A stretch of DNA of 61,208 bases, counting the filler, from Basidiobolus ranarum (taxonomy: Eukaryota): assembly GCA_040143965.1 (NCBI GenBank). It is 20 parts of 20 records of this genome, joined end to end, with 100 filler letters (N's around TTAATTAATTAA, not from the genome) between each part and the next. Parts side by side here need not be neighbours in the genome. Positions count along the whole stretch, not along the records: positions 49,088 to 52,043 come from JASJQH010009706.1; positions 52,144 to 55,099 come from JASJQH010009707.1; positions 55,200 to 58,154 come from JASJQH010009708.1; positions 58,255 to 61,208 come from JASJQH010009709.1; 16 more parts are not named here. The stretch is one strand, 5' to 3'. A program made the translations under genes and the position numbers. The notes beneath the pieces were generated by a model. The model was given only the letters and a program-made list of their open reading frames with translations, had not been told where the DNA came from and searched no databases. Below, in pieces: positions 49,417 through 61,208 of this stretch; the stretch's first letter is position 1, and each line of letters opens with the position of its first letter.

Positions 49417-51605
49417 AACTGAGATTTACAAAATGAGATTAAGGCGTGGATAGGAATGTGTAGTACGGAAAAACAGTTAAAGAGGTCAAGTAGCTTTTCT
49501 CGAATAGATTAGTCACGGTGAAAGAAAAACTATAGACTTGGTCAAGTTGAGAAAAAGATAGAACACCAGGTACCGCAGGAGGCCTTTGTACTGGGTTTTC
49601 TTTTAGGTTCAGACTACGGAGGCTTGGATCTTCGATGATAAAATTCGGGCGTTTCATCGTTTTTTGATAGGTTATAGTCGTAGTGGTACAAAGCTATTCA
49701 TATATTGTCCAACTGAATACAAGCTCATAATGGGCCAAGACTAAAATAATCTATTTTCAGCCTCTTTGAGCTGGTCTATATCTAATCAAGTAACTACTAA
49801 TCTTTAGTTCATCTCGATCACAAGCTGAGCCAATTGTACAGGAGTACCTTGGCGCTCGACAGTAACCTTAATCGAGTTCAACGAGATTTCTACTCAGAAA
49901 GCAGCATTTTGTATTAAATGAATAGTCGAGGATTCCGTTAATACTATGACAAATGCAAATCTGTTGCCATGATCTAGATCACTGAAGCGGCTGTTAGCGG
50001 CTATAGTACCTTGGCAAGTATAGTCTTCGCATGTCTGATTTCAGTAATGGTCACGATTTATGACTAATTAAGAAATCCCAAGAAATATTGGGGCAGTATG
50101 AGTTCATTAGTCTATATCGATTCTTGAAATATACCTGGAGATGGTAAGCGCATGCTAGAATACATCAGAGCCCTGCCTGATCAGACTGGATTTCGTCATT
50201 TCGTTGGGTCAAAACATGTCCAAACACTGGAGGGTATGACATTTCCGTCGATCCCTTAGTCGCCGTTGTTCGACTTCTGTACATATATCTTACCATGCAG
50301 AATGAACAGTAGTCGCCGCTTACTCTCTGCATCTTTCACGTAGTTGGCTGTTGTGACTTGTACTTAGCTTCCAATCCCCACCACGGATCCTCTTTAGTTT
50401 ACGATCATCCCATTACAAATTCAATATCCAAGTGATCAACTTGCAGAAGCAGTGGATGTGTGGATGAGTCCGCCTACACCGAGTATTGTGAGTAAATCAA
50501 ATTGGCACAATATGGCCCCCTTCCAAAAAGTGCAGTAACAAGGCTACATCCGGGAGGTACCACCACTAATGGGAACCGCTTGATCAGAGTATTATTAGTG
50601 ACTAATCATCGAATGTCAAACTGAGTACTATTTGGAAATGGTCTAGCATAGGCCCCGTGATTAACTCTATTTCCCTGATCTCGCATCTGGGCTACTTAGA
50701 GCAACTGTCAATTGTGTTGAGTGGACAAGCTACCATACGGCCAACCTCACCCCCTTGGTTCCGTATAAATGATTCCTCTTTGGGCGCCTTGGCTCGGGTA
50801 ATTGAGAAAGATACTGGCTCTGTGGTACACAGTTCTCGGGCTTCCATTCTCCAACGTTCACTAATCAACTAATGCGATATTGGTAAATACGTCATTCTGC
50901 GGATTTTAAACATCCATATAATATAACCCGAGCCGCGTTTTTAAAACCTAAATGATGATTGAATGCAAATGGGACAATGGATATGAACCAATCAAGGGGC
51001 TGGATCCACTTGATCGATTAGAGTCGTTGTGATACTAGTTGAATTCTCTTTCTATTCACTAACTGGTGAGAGATTTAAACACTAGAATGAATCATGATGG
51101 AAGACTATCAGTAGGTATGGCCGCTCAAGGTCGCTTCTGATCTAGGTTTATTCACTGACTGTACTGCATATATAGATGAGGTATGTCTCGGGGATAATCT
51201 ATATCCAGTTTAAGATCCTCAACAAGCTTCGATATATCCGAGATCCATCAAATATAAATTAAATAGCTGTTGAGTTTACATTGGCAGCCTCATAGTCTTA
51301 ATCCACTACTAATCTCTAACAGCGTGCAAGTTGAACGATGTGTCAATCTTGCTTCTTCTGCTAGTATGGTTGCCCCATTTAGAATTACTAGTTAAGATGG
51401 TATATCTCATATGGTTAACAAACGGATGATCATTTGTTAATGTCGGGTAAATGGAACTTGTTTATTTGTATCTTATTGACATTGCGTAGTTTGAGAAATA
51501 AATAAGTTCAGAGTCCCTTTATAATGTGTATTTTCGGTGAGTTGCACAGTATCCTAACATTCAAAAGATTATTAGTTTTGGTGGATAGGCTTAAGTACTG
51601 AAATT

Positions 51606-52043
51606 TGTTGACATTGATGTAGCCTAAACATCTATATAGTGAAATATGGAATAACCAAATTCTAGGCTATATAGGACTAAGATATCTCCTACTATTCTCA
51701 AGAAGAATTTACTTAGAAGTTTAAAGATACATAGATTTTGAGAAATTGTCCTAGATGCCCAAAGCTTTACACATATGTACCTAGGACTTTCCTTGATCCA
51801 TTCTACATGCTTGCTAATTTGCCTCTTGACAAAACTATAAATGTCAACTTTCTACTTAATAAATAAATATGTGAAAACCACTAATTGCTATAATTCTCCA
51901 AGCCATTTCCAACTGGCAAATACTTTACCCAGTAATTGTTGAAATTGTTGAAATTAGCATTGCCTAAACACTTATATAGTCATATATAGCTTAGTACTTA
52001 GTTTTCTTATAATTCACTAAGATATTATCAATTATTCTCAATT
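51606..52043 (+). repeat. Two tandem LTR A copies (51606-~51931 decayed; 51946-52043 partial)
   Basis: TGTTGA starts and colinearity with 55460-55807. Confidence 0.78.
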
Positions 52044-52143
52044 NNNNNNNNNNNNNNNNNNNNNNNNNNNNNNNNNNNNNNNNNNNNTTAATTAATTAAN
52101 NNNNNNNNNNNNNNNNNNNNNNNNNNNNNNNNNNNNNNNNNNN

Positions 52144-55005
52144 CATGAAGAAAGCAAATAGGTGACAATGGGTCCACAAGGTCAAAACCAAATGGATGAA
52201 ATCATTGAGGGGCACAAGGAAGGATTAGTTGCAAAAGGTTGTTCTCAGACTTGGGGAGTTGCTTTTGATAATATGATTACTGCTATAGATACATTTAGGT
52301 GCATTGGATCAATTGAGGCACTCTCAGCTATCCATAACCTTAAATTTTATTAAATGGATGCAAAAACAGCCTTTCTGAATGGAAATCTAGAAGAAGTGAT
52401 CCCTATATAAACCAATAGATGGATTTGTTGACCCAAAATATTCTGATACTGTCTGTAAGCTGCATAAGTGGATATATAGACTCAATCAAACACCCAGAGC
52501 AGGTGAAATGGAGAAGTTTTGAGAAAAAAGTGAATATTGGTTAAAGAAATAAAATTGATATTCTATGAGTTTGACCTATAAACACACACTTTGGAATTAT
52601 AGAATTGAGTGCTGAAGAAGCAGAATATGAATATACTAACTACTAAATAATGAGTTGGTATTTACCTAATTACAACACTGCCACTCAACCAATTATTTTG
52701 TATTTCTCTTAAACCTACTAATGTCTTAGTGATTTAGATTGTACCTACTTATGTCTTAATAATTCTGGTTGTGCTTTATCTAAAGTTTTGGTTAAAAGGT
52801 GAACTACTATTTATTTTGGTAGGGTAACAGGCAAGTTCAATTAAACTGTTCCCTATTGCTTCTCTGACAAAATAATGCCTAATATGTCTTCAATTACAGT
52901 GAAGCACATTTTCCAAGTATCCTAAGTCTGTAAATAACTTCCTTAACCACTTAGCTTGTTATGTAGTAGCAGAAGCAGCCATATACTCTGCTTTTCAGTG
53001 GTAAGTACTATGGTTGGTTGCCTCTTACTATTCCAAGTTATGGCTTCATTAGTATAAAAAAATGTGTCCTCAGTTGTTGATCATTGATCAACAAGGTTTC
53101 TTCCCCAGTCTGCATAATTGTAGCTTTCAAAATATTGTGCAGCAGAAGTGCCATAATATTCCAGAACTATATCTACAGTTCCTCTCAAATTCCTGAGTAT
53201 TTGTTTTAATCCAGTTTTGTGCTCAGATCCTGAATTATTGAGATATTGACACACAGTTCCATCACCACAGCAATGGCTGGTTATGTTCCTACCAATGTAT
53301 GCCTCAAACCACCCACCATGGAATAACAAGGAAACTCCTGGCTCTGATTCAAGTCATATTGGGCCATATTAGATGAAATATTGATTGATTTAACATTGGG
53401 ATCAATTGGTCTTGATACAGGCTTTCTATTCTCTGTGGTAGATTGTTTTAGGTTGTCTAGGATGCATTTAGACTGATTCAGCATGTTTATCTGAATGGGT
53501 TTATCTCTCTGGATTATGATTTCATAAAAACTTGATTCACCCATGTCTGTAATCTGAATTTGCTTGATAAGTTTGTTTTTGTCTTATTAAGTGCTTCTAG
53601 ATGATTTGTGGCTATGATCAAGTGATCCACATATAGTGCCTAGACAAGGATCCTTTTGCCAGTTCTTTTGATTCAAATCAGTTATCTGCTGTGCATTTTT
53701 AGAATTCCAGTGATTGCAAATAGGTATCTATCTTGTTGTTCCATGCCCTAGGTGCTAGCTTAATTGCATACAGCAATTTTTGCAGTTTACAGACCATATC
53801 AGGGTGTTATAGGTCAACAAATCTATCTGGTAGATTTATGTAGATGTACTCTTCTAGATTTCCATTCAGAGACTGTTTTTATATCCATTTGATGTAAATC
53901 AAGGTAATGGACAACTGACAGGACCAGCATTGATCCAATGGAGCTACACCAAGCTACTGGAGCAAAAGCTTCATTAAAATCAACTCCTGTTGGTTGCAAA
54001 TAACCATTTGCAACTAATCTTGCTTTGTACCTTTCTATGGTTTCATCAGGTCAATTTTAGAACTTTTAGCCCCATTTTCAACCTATTGGCTCTCTTCTGG
54101 CTAATAGCAGACTCAAATCCCATGTTTTACTGCTTTTCTATGCTTCCATCAGCTTGGACTTTGAGTTTGTAGATCCATTTGCAACCTAGTGGCTTTACCT
54201 CTGACTGTCAAAGACTCAAAACCAAGGTTTTATTGTCCTGAAGTGAAGAAAATGCATCAGACCTTGCCTTAACCCATAATTAGGTTTCTGGACACTCCAG
54301 AGCTTGATCTAGAGTCTGTGGCTGACACAAAATACTGCACAAGAATATACATTATCATTGGAAGTGTTCCACCAATTCCCTGGCTTGTTTCTCCTTCTAG
54401 ATAATCTTCTTAGGGTTGGGGTTAGTCTGGGGCATTTGAAAGTGTTTTGAGCATGATTTGGGTTTTTGACTTAGACACTAAAGTTTTAACAATTGAATAT
54501 ATCCTACTTATAGTCTACTGTGAAGTAGAACTATTGGATGTGCTTAGATCATAACAAACATGCCTGTTGAACCTGGGTGAAAATATCAGGTGATTTGGGG
54601 GAGATTTGAGAAAATAGTAAAAATTGTTAACAGTGATCTAATTGATATTTCTATCAATTAGGGCAAAAAACACACATTTTTGAATGATAGAAATGAGTGC
54701 TAGATAATCAGAATATGAATAAATAATAGATGAGTTGCTATTTCACCAATTTCAACAGGTACTAAGCTTTTTCACAAGAAAATAAGGGGATTTGGTTCAC
54801 AGCAAAACAATGCAGATCAGGCATTTTTTGGAGCTGTAAAACATCCAACAGGCTTAAATAATAGTGCTGCTGATAGGATAGCAATCATTTACAAGTATTT
54901 AAAGAAACCAGGCCATTTAATCAAAGATTGTCAAAAAAGGGTTTTTTCCAAGAAGCTAAAGTTGGAGCAAGCATATAAGATAAGGACTGATATGGATCAT
55001 CTATA
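52144..55005. mobile_element. Nested copia debris: RT (+, 52144-52500), LTR B part (-, ~52503-52677) with PPT, RNase H-RT (-, 52690-54410), LTR B (-, ~54415-54757), gag (+, 54760-55005)
   Basis: LVAKGCSQ, MDAKTAFLNGNLEE, ALYVDHL, ADWGRNL and AEYMAAS motifs plus LTR B similarity. Confidence 0.85.
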
Positions 55006-55199
55006 GACTTGTTCCATTAGACCAGGTCGGATTATGCTGCTTGATCCAGCCTGCTAGTATACCACCTGGCATCATCTGTCAATTACCATGGCTGGGTCCN
55101 NNNNNNNNNNNNNNNNNNNNNNNNNNNNNNNNNNNNNNNNNNNTTAATTAATTAANNNNNNNNNNNNNNNNNNNNNNNNNNNNNNNNNNNNNNNNNNNN

Positions 55200-55807
55200 T
55201 CACCAACTACAATATTTCAAGAAAATCAAGGTTGTATCAAATTAGCTTAAAATCCCATGTTTCATAATAGAAGCAAGTATATAAGTATTAAGCATCACTT
55301 CTTTAAAGAGACTATAGAGAATAAGTATATTGACTTCACTTGTTGCTCTACAGAAGACATGATTGCTGATATATTAACCAAACCATTGGCTAGACAGAAA
55401 TTTGAGAAAGTTAGAACTTTATTAAGATTAGTTTATATGACTATTTAGTTGAGGGAGAGTGTTGAAATTAGCTTTGTCTAAGTACCTATATAGTCATATA
55501 TATCTTAGAGCATAGTTATCTTATAACTCACCTAGGTATTATCCATTATTCTCAATTGGAATTTACTTGGGATATTTTTACCAACTTCAAAGCTGTCAGA
55601 TAAATAGATTTTTTAAACTTGTGCTACAAGCCCCAAACTTTGCACACATGTTCCTGGGACCTTTTTTAACAGGTTGTACATATTTGTTTGTCTATATGTT
55701 GACAAAACTATAAATGTCAACTTTCAACTCAATAAATCAATAAGTGTAAACCACCAATTCCTGTAATTCTCCAAATCACTTCCAACCATCTCCCAAATAC
55801 TTTAACA
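55200..55807 (+). mobile_element. Copia family A 3' end: RNase H, PPT and 3' LTR A (55460-55807)
   Basis: FHNRSKYISIKHHF...MIADILTKPL then stop; GAGGGAGAG PPT abuts TGTTGAAATTAG; LTR ends TTTAACA. Confidence 0.93.
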
Positions 55808-56470
55808 AAATTTATCTCTAGGTGAAAAATATACTTAATCACAATTATTGATGCTTATAAAAGATACACTTGGGTCTATTTTATGAAAAAAAAAGAAGCT
55901 CTCTCTATCTTCAGAGATTTTAAAAACACTTGTGGAGACTCAAACTGGAATTAAATTCACAAAAATATGTATTGATAATGGCAGCAAAAATTTTTCCACA
56001 CTATTTGAGCACTTTAGCAAACTTCATGGAATTAAGCAAGAAGCCACTGGCCCCTATTCACCATAACAAAATGGAGTTGCTGAAAGAGCTAACAGGACTA
56101 TAATAGAAATAGCAAGATCTATGATTAATGCACAAAATTTATCTTATAGCTTTTGGGCAGTATCTGTTGATGCAGCTGCATATTTGAAGAATAGGAGTTT
56201 GACTAGAAGTCTGTCTATTGCTACACCTTATCAATCTTGGTTTGGAGTTAAACCTGATGCATAACTTTTGAGGATCTTTGGATGCATTCCTTATGTCAAA
56301 ATTATGACCAAAAATTGGTCTAAAATTGATCTAAAAAGTTAGAAATGCATATTTCTAGGTTATTGTACTCAAACTAAGGCCTACAGCCTCTATGATAACA
56401 AGATTTCCAGGCTAATCAAGTCCAGGAATGTTTTGTTTAATAAAAATGAAAAATTTCATTCAAAATGAAC
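55808..56470 (+). mobile_element. Copia integrase fragment
   Basis: NGVAERANRTIIEIARSM, FWA, YLKNRS and LRIFGC motifs. Confidence 0.88.
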
Positions 56471-57687
56471 TCATATGATGATCTACCTTGACAATATCTT
56501 GGTCTTCTCAAACTCTCAAGAAGAACATAATATTCATGGTTCCCAAGTCATATAAAAGCTGAAAACCTCTGGACTCTGTGCTAAACTTGAGATATGTGAA
56601 CTTGACCAAGCTCAAGTTGAATTCCTTGGATATAACATCAGCCCATCAGCCATCTCCAAGCACCCTAAGATGGTTGAATTTGTTCTGGTTTGGGATACTC
56701 CCAAGAATGTGAAGGACGTCCAATCCTTTCTTGGATTTGCAAACTCTTACCAGTGGTTTCCCAAGAACTACTCCAAATTATCTGCTCCATTAACAAACCT
56801 TACCAAGAACAAATTCCTATTTGACTGTAACCCATCTTGCCAACAAGCATTTGTAACTTTAAAGAATGCTTTTATCTCAGCACCAATTCTGGTACACCCC
56901 AAGCTAGACAAGCTATTTATTGTTGAAACTAGTGCATCTGACTTTGCTCTAGGAGCAGTACTGTCACAGTATGGTGAAGATAACTTACTGTACCCTGTTG
57001 CCTTTTATGCAAGAAAGTTCTGTGTAGCACAAATCAACTATAACATCTATAACAAGGACTGTCAGCAACTATTGCAGCATTTGAACAGCAGCAACAAAAC
57101 TTGGATGGAGCAAATCTCACAATCACAGTCTATTGTGATCATAAGAATCAGCAGTATGTCTGTACAACAAAAGTTCTGAACTACCATCAAGCAAGATGGT
57201 CATTATTTCTTGCCAGTTTTGATTTTGTGATTACATATCAACCAGGTAGCCTACAAGAAAAGCCTGATGCCGTATTGTGTAGGCCTAATTGAAGCATATT
57301 CCATGAAGTCATTTGCAAACTTCAATCTGAAGACCCTTTGGTAATATCAATCAAGAAAGCCCAGGATACACCCAAAGGCCTCTCAAGCTTGAATATGTAC
57401 TATGATTTCTCTATCATCAATGATCTCTTGTTTTAGAAGAAGCACCTTTATATTCCAGCCCAAACTTTCAGACTTAAAATCATGCAGGAAAGACATGATT
57501 CACCACTTGCAGGACACTTTGGTATTGCTAAATCATATATGTTGGCATCCAAGAATTGTTGGTGGCCCAATATGCTTGCATTTGTCAAGACTTATGTTTC
57601 CACCTGTGATACTTGTGCTCAAGTGCAGGCTCCAAGACATCAGCCCTATGGCCTCTTGCAGCCACTTTCAATTCCCAATCAGCAGAG

Positions 57688-57968
57688 TGTTGAAAGTCTG
57701 GTGACTTGTGCTACAAGCAGTAAGTCCCAAAGAGGATAATATGGAGTATGGTGACTGCATCTGAACACAAAGTCTGAGGTCAATCAGTTGCTTGCATAGC
57801 TGAAATTCCAAAGCACCATACATTGAAAGACTGGGTAAAGGTTCCCTAGCAACATAGGCATAGCATACAAGGACTGGTAGCTTGGTGGTCGGAGCACCTT
57901 GCTAAAGTGAAGGAGGTCCTGGGTTCAACTCCTGCCAGACCAATATTTCTACATAAATAATTTCAATA
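57688..57968 (+). mobile_element. Solo LTR carrying a tRNA-like sequence (copy 2)
   Basis: TGTTGAAA...TTTCAATA; TSD CAGAG/CAGTG (4/5). Removal restores integrase PNQQWIYVSWEFITDL. Confidence 0.9.
57871..57942 (+). tRNA. tRNA-like sequence inside the LTR, more decayed; nominal anticodon AAA
   Basis: GGACTGGTAGCTTGGTGGTCGGAGCACCTTGCTAAAGTGAAGGAGGTCCTGGGTTCAACTCCTGCCAGACCA; A and B boxes retained. Confidence 0.7.
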
Positions 57969-58254
57969 CAGTGGATATATGTTTCCTGGGAATTCATAAC
58001 TGATCTACAATTGCCTGCCCAATGTGATTAAATTCTGGTAATTGTTGAACATCTAACAAAGCAGGCCCATTTTTCCCCCTGCCATAAGTCAATTGATGCA
58101 AAAAAAACAGCAGAATTGGTAACTCAATATATCTTCTGCCTACATGGACTTCCTNNNNNNNNNNNNNNNNNNNNNNNNNNNNNNNNNNNNNNNNNNNNTT
58201 AATTAATTAANNNNNNNNNNNNNNNNNNNNNNNNNNNNNNNNNNNNNNNNNNNN

Positions 58255-58460
58255 CAATTTCACATGGAGCATCATTTCACCACAGGTGTGCTCCATTGGG
58301 AACTCCCAGAATGTATAGCAAGGGCCTATAATCTCTAAGCATTGTGAAAGATGCAGCAGGGAATGATTCAACCTATTGTCTTTAAACCTGTAACAAAGTT
58401 TTTCATATCCAATTACAAAATCTTTGCACCTCTTGACTGCTGTGCAAGTGACACCCATAG
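58255..58460 (-). mobile_element. CMC/EnSpm transposase fragment (DUF4218-like region)
   Basis: HSLLHLSQCLEIIGPCYTFWEFPMEHTCG. Confidence 0.8.
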
Positions 58461-58959
58461 TAATTAATAACTACAATCTTAGAATTTAAGTGACTGGTCA
58501 TTGTACATAAAAGGAGGAATGAGTGAAATCCCATTGGAATTCCAACATAGATCTTCCCAAAAAAAGTTAGGCGCATATATGCTCATACCTGCCCCTTGCT
58601 CTACACTAGACCTTCCCTAGATTTGAAAAACAATCCCTTGAAAGGTTTGCCCTCACCATTTTGGCTGTTCATATAATGCTGATTTTGCCTCAAGAAGGTG
58701 ATTGTAAATGTGCGATACAGACGCATCCGTTGATTGGTGTTTTCCTCATGACAGTGACCCATTCGCGTTTTCGTGACCGTAGCCAATTGAGCGCTCAACT
58801 GGATGAATATACCGGTTTCAATGAACATATTGAGATCAAGATGAAGAAATTCAGTATAAATAGTAGTGGTAATCGTGAGTAGTAAGCGTAGTCCTTGTCC
58901 TTCCATTAATAGCTTCGCGAAACCCAGTCTTCCCTTACACTTAAACTAATCTTACTATA

Positions 58960-59190
58960 ATGGCCAGAGAAAAGACTATTAAGAGAACTGGTGGAAAGAA
59001 ACTATCTCCCTATAACCGGTTTATGAAAACTGAACTCCCCAAAGTAAAAGCGGAGGATCCATCGATAGTCCACAAAGAAGCCTTCAAAGTAGTTGCTGCC
59101 AGGTGGAAAACCGCTCCTGAAAACCCCATAAATAAGAAGGCAGTGGCCGAATCCAAGGATACCAAGGAATCCAAGAAGGAAGTCAAGTAG
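58960..59190 (+). CDS. Small YABBY/HMG-box-like DNA-binding protein, 76 aa
   Basis: LSPYNRFMKTELPKVKAEDPSIVHKEAFKVVAARWKTAPENP matches the YABBY C-terminal pattern S.YN.F.K.E....K...P.I.H.EAF...A..W; ATAATGG start context. Confidence 0.88.
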   Translation: MAREKTIKRTGGKKLSPYNRFMKTELPKVKAEDPSIVHKEAFKVVAARWKTAPENPINKKAVAESKDTKESKKEVK

Positions 59191-60754
59191 GTAAACTGAA
59201 TTCCGCCACGACCAATTATTCTTGCTACTTTTGTGTTTCTTGTGTATATCAGTTGTCATTTCTCTTGATCTTTCTATTCACTAATAAAAGAAATTCCAAT
59301 CATCAGCTTGATGGACTCGGCCCCAAATCAGTGTAAGCGCTGAACAGTGGAAATCAACGCGACTCAACGCAACTTAGGGGGGTGATGATAGATACTGAGT
59401 AGATCGTGGGTGATTGGTTGTCAAGTGTCGTCACTAACTTCCACGACAAACTTGATCGTATACAGCCAGGAGGTGCATGCGCTACTTTTTAAGTAATGTG
59501 CTCTAATAGCCAATTACACTCAAGATCCACCAAAACGGATGTCTTATTATCGAGATCATGAAACAGCGATAGATTGCATGATACTGAGTACGTGTTGGCA
59601 ATGGACGGGACTAAACCTACTTTCCTCTCCCAATGTATAAATGGACCACATGAGATGAAGGTCAGTTTGCGTGCTCACAACCTATGGGCGGCGTTTAATG
59701 TGATACACTCAGCAACCTTTCAAGTGAAGAGAACGTCTGGAGTTACACATCAACTCTTCTTTCATCAGTTGACTCAATGCCACTGACAATATATGGATTC
59801 TGATCCCAAATGATCCAAATGGCATCCCGTCTACCAACTCTCACATGAGACATGAAATCTTACTAGATAACGCTTGGTTCATTTAAGCCAATCCATAGTG
59901 GAACCAATCTTGATAGATTGGCTGATTACGTCAAGTTGGTTTGGGCTCGGTTACTTGGTAGACTGCGGTGATATTTAATGGATAAATCTATTATTGAGGT
60001 AGAAGGCGTTATAGCCGTCGGAGCTGAGCAGCTGTGGGCTTGCTATAACTAGTATATGGCGATGTTGTCTAGAACCCAATCATCCCGCTTCCATCGATGC
60101 TCTCAACCGTAATTATCATCTTTTAGTGTAGCTCGCATGTTTTTCTTCACTTATCTCCCTTCTAATTCAAGTGTACATGGATTTTGCATAGATTGAGCAA
60201 GGGAGCTATACCCACTCCAGCATATATTATTCAGGCATGATTAGGTTTAAAAATACCCTGACCCGTTGACCAAATATCCAACGATACTGATTGTTGCGAT
60301 AACCGAGCTGTATCTGCTAGCAAATTAGATGGTATTGGATGTTAGTATGAGATTGCTGACTTTAACGAGTTTAACTCAACAATTAGATAGATAAGTGGGC
60401 AATATTATCTATATATACACCCAAGTCGTTGGGCATACAATTAAGCGTTTCTCATTCAATGGTTTGTAGGTGAAAGTTCTCATCTTCCATTGTCAGTTAT
60501 CCCCAACTCTTGTTGACATGGAGACTGAGTTAACTTTATAGTTGGACATAACACCAAAAACAGAGTAAGTCAGTCCAATTAATAGAATTTTTTGGTCACT
60601 TTGAATGTGCTCACATGAAGTTGGTTCGACTTCTTTTGGAGAAGTTATTCAAACAAAGACATAAACTATACGTAATAAAGGTAGCGACAATTACTACGAA
60701 TTTGTTGAATATTAATAACAGCGAAGAGATTCTTCAACTGGCATCTTAGCCACT

Positions 60755-61069
60755 TTGTCAGACAATAGCCAGTCTATTTCACCCAACGCTCATCTTAAAA
60801 GCTCTCAAGATGGAAAAGAAAAGGCTATGGTAAACTCAACTGAAACAGAGTTAGCAAGGGATGAGCGTTCAGTATTCAAACTCTCAAGCAGTGATGTGCT
60901 AAACATGAAATGTGTCACAATGGTACGGGTTATACATGATCCAATACCTTTCATCCACACGATAAGATTGGCACTAAAAAATTCCTACATGATTGTGTTT
61001 AAAGAGATAATGCCATCTCTTATTGCTATTGGTCTTGTCTCCTTTTTGCATTCAATATACATCTACTAG
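60755..61069 (+). CDS. Possible coding exon of unknown function
   Basis: 104-codon ORF in CpG-normal DNA with a hydrophilic first half; no ATG at the ORF start and no recognised motif. Confidence 0.2.
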   Translation: MSDNSQSISPNAHLKSSQDGKEKAMVNSTETELARDERSVFKLSSSDVLNMKCVTMVRVIHDPIPFIHTIRLALKNSYMIVFKEIMPSLIAIGLVSFLHSIYIY

Positions 61070-61208
61070 CCTTCTCAATCAATGCAATAATGTGAGCTTG
61101 CAGTTGCATTCGTCATCATAATCTGTAGAGTCGAGATTTTAATAAAGTATTCGGAAATTAATTCTGTGCCAAGTGAGGTGTCGCAGAAATTGCTCGCAAT
61201 GTGTGGAT

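Larger units (their letters stand above)
56475..58154 (+). mobile_element. Degenerate Ty3/gypsy pol (RT-RNase H-integrase), interrupted by the tRNA-bearing LTR
   Basis: IYLDNILVFS, VQSFLGFAN, ETSASDFALGAVLSQ, HDSPLAGHFG...CDTC and PYGLLQPL in RT-RH-IN order. Confidence 0.93.

Noticed and set aside
49420-51600. Long CpG-normal ORF-poor stretches (also 6161-8550, 13540-14900, 46620-47700, 59200-60750)
   Set aside because: No recognisable coding motif, RNA fold or repeat by eye; treated as ordinary intergenic or promoter DNA.
2982-58254. Regularly spaced TTAATTAATTAA repeats every ~3.07 kb, resembling an array
   Set aside because: They are N-flanked artificial linkers between length-sorted contigs. 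ORFs ending in X-runs or LIN are artefacts of them.
58960-59190. Plant contamination suggested by the YABBY motif
   Set aside because: It lacks the plant N-terminal C2C2 zinc finger and shares a contig with the same transposon family found across the other contigs.

Overview
This window is not one locus. It is 20 separate ~3 kb contigs (2981 bp down to 2954 bp, sorted by length) joined by an artificial 100-bp spacer (N44-TTAATTAATTAA-N44), so adjacency across spacers has no biological meaning. The DNA is AT-rich and eukaryotic, with short spliceosomal introns. It is most likely from an early-diverging fungus; Basidiobolus-like is an inference only. About two thirds is decayed, nested, CpG-stripped transposon DNA: two Ty1/copia families primed from a half-tRNAiMet site, Ty3/gypsy pol, several solo LTRs, a CCC-ended CMC/EnSpm (CACTA-type) transposon with two divergent ORFs, and a MITE-like repeat. 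Host genes or fragments are a secreted Cys-rich plus CHAP-domain protein, a six-copy CsbD-like cluster, an NRPS E-C-A fragment, a DH-PH RhoGEF, a Ser/Thr-rich single-pass membrane protein and a small YABBY/HMG-like protein. The two strongest leads are the intron-containing secreted bacterial-type CHAP hydrolase gene, which the ORF track misses, and a ~282-bp mobile solo LTR carrying a full tRNA-like cloverleaf, seen twice with 5-bp target-site duplications (TSDs). All calls are by eye from motifs; no searches were run.
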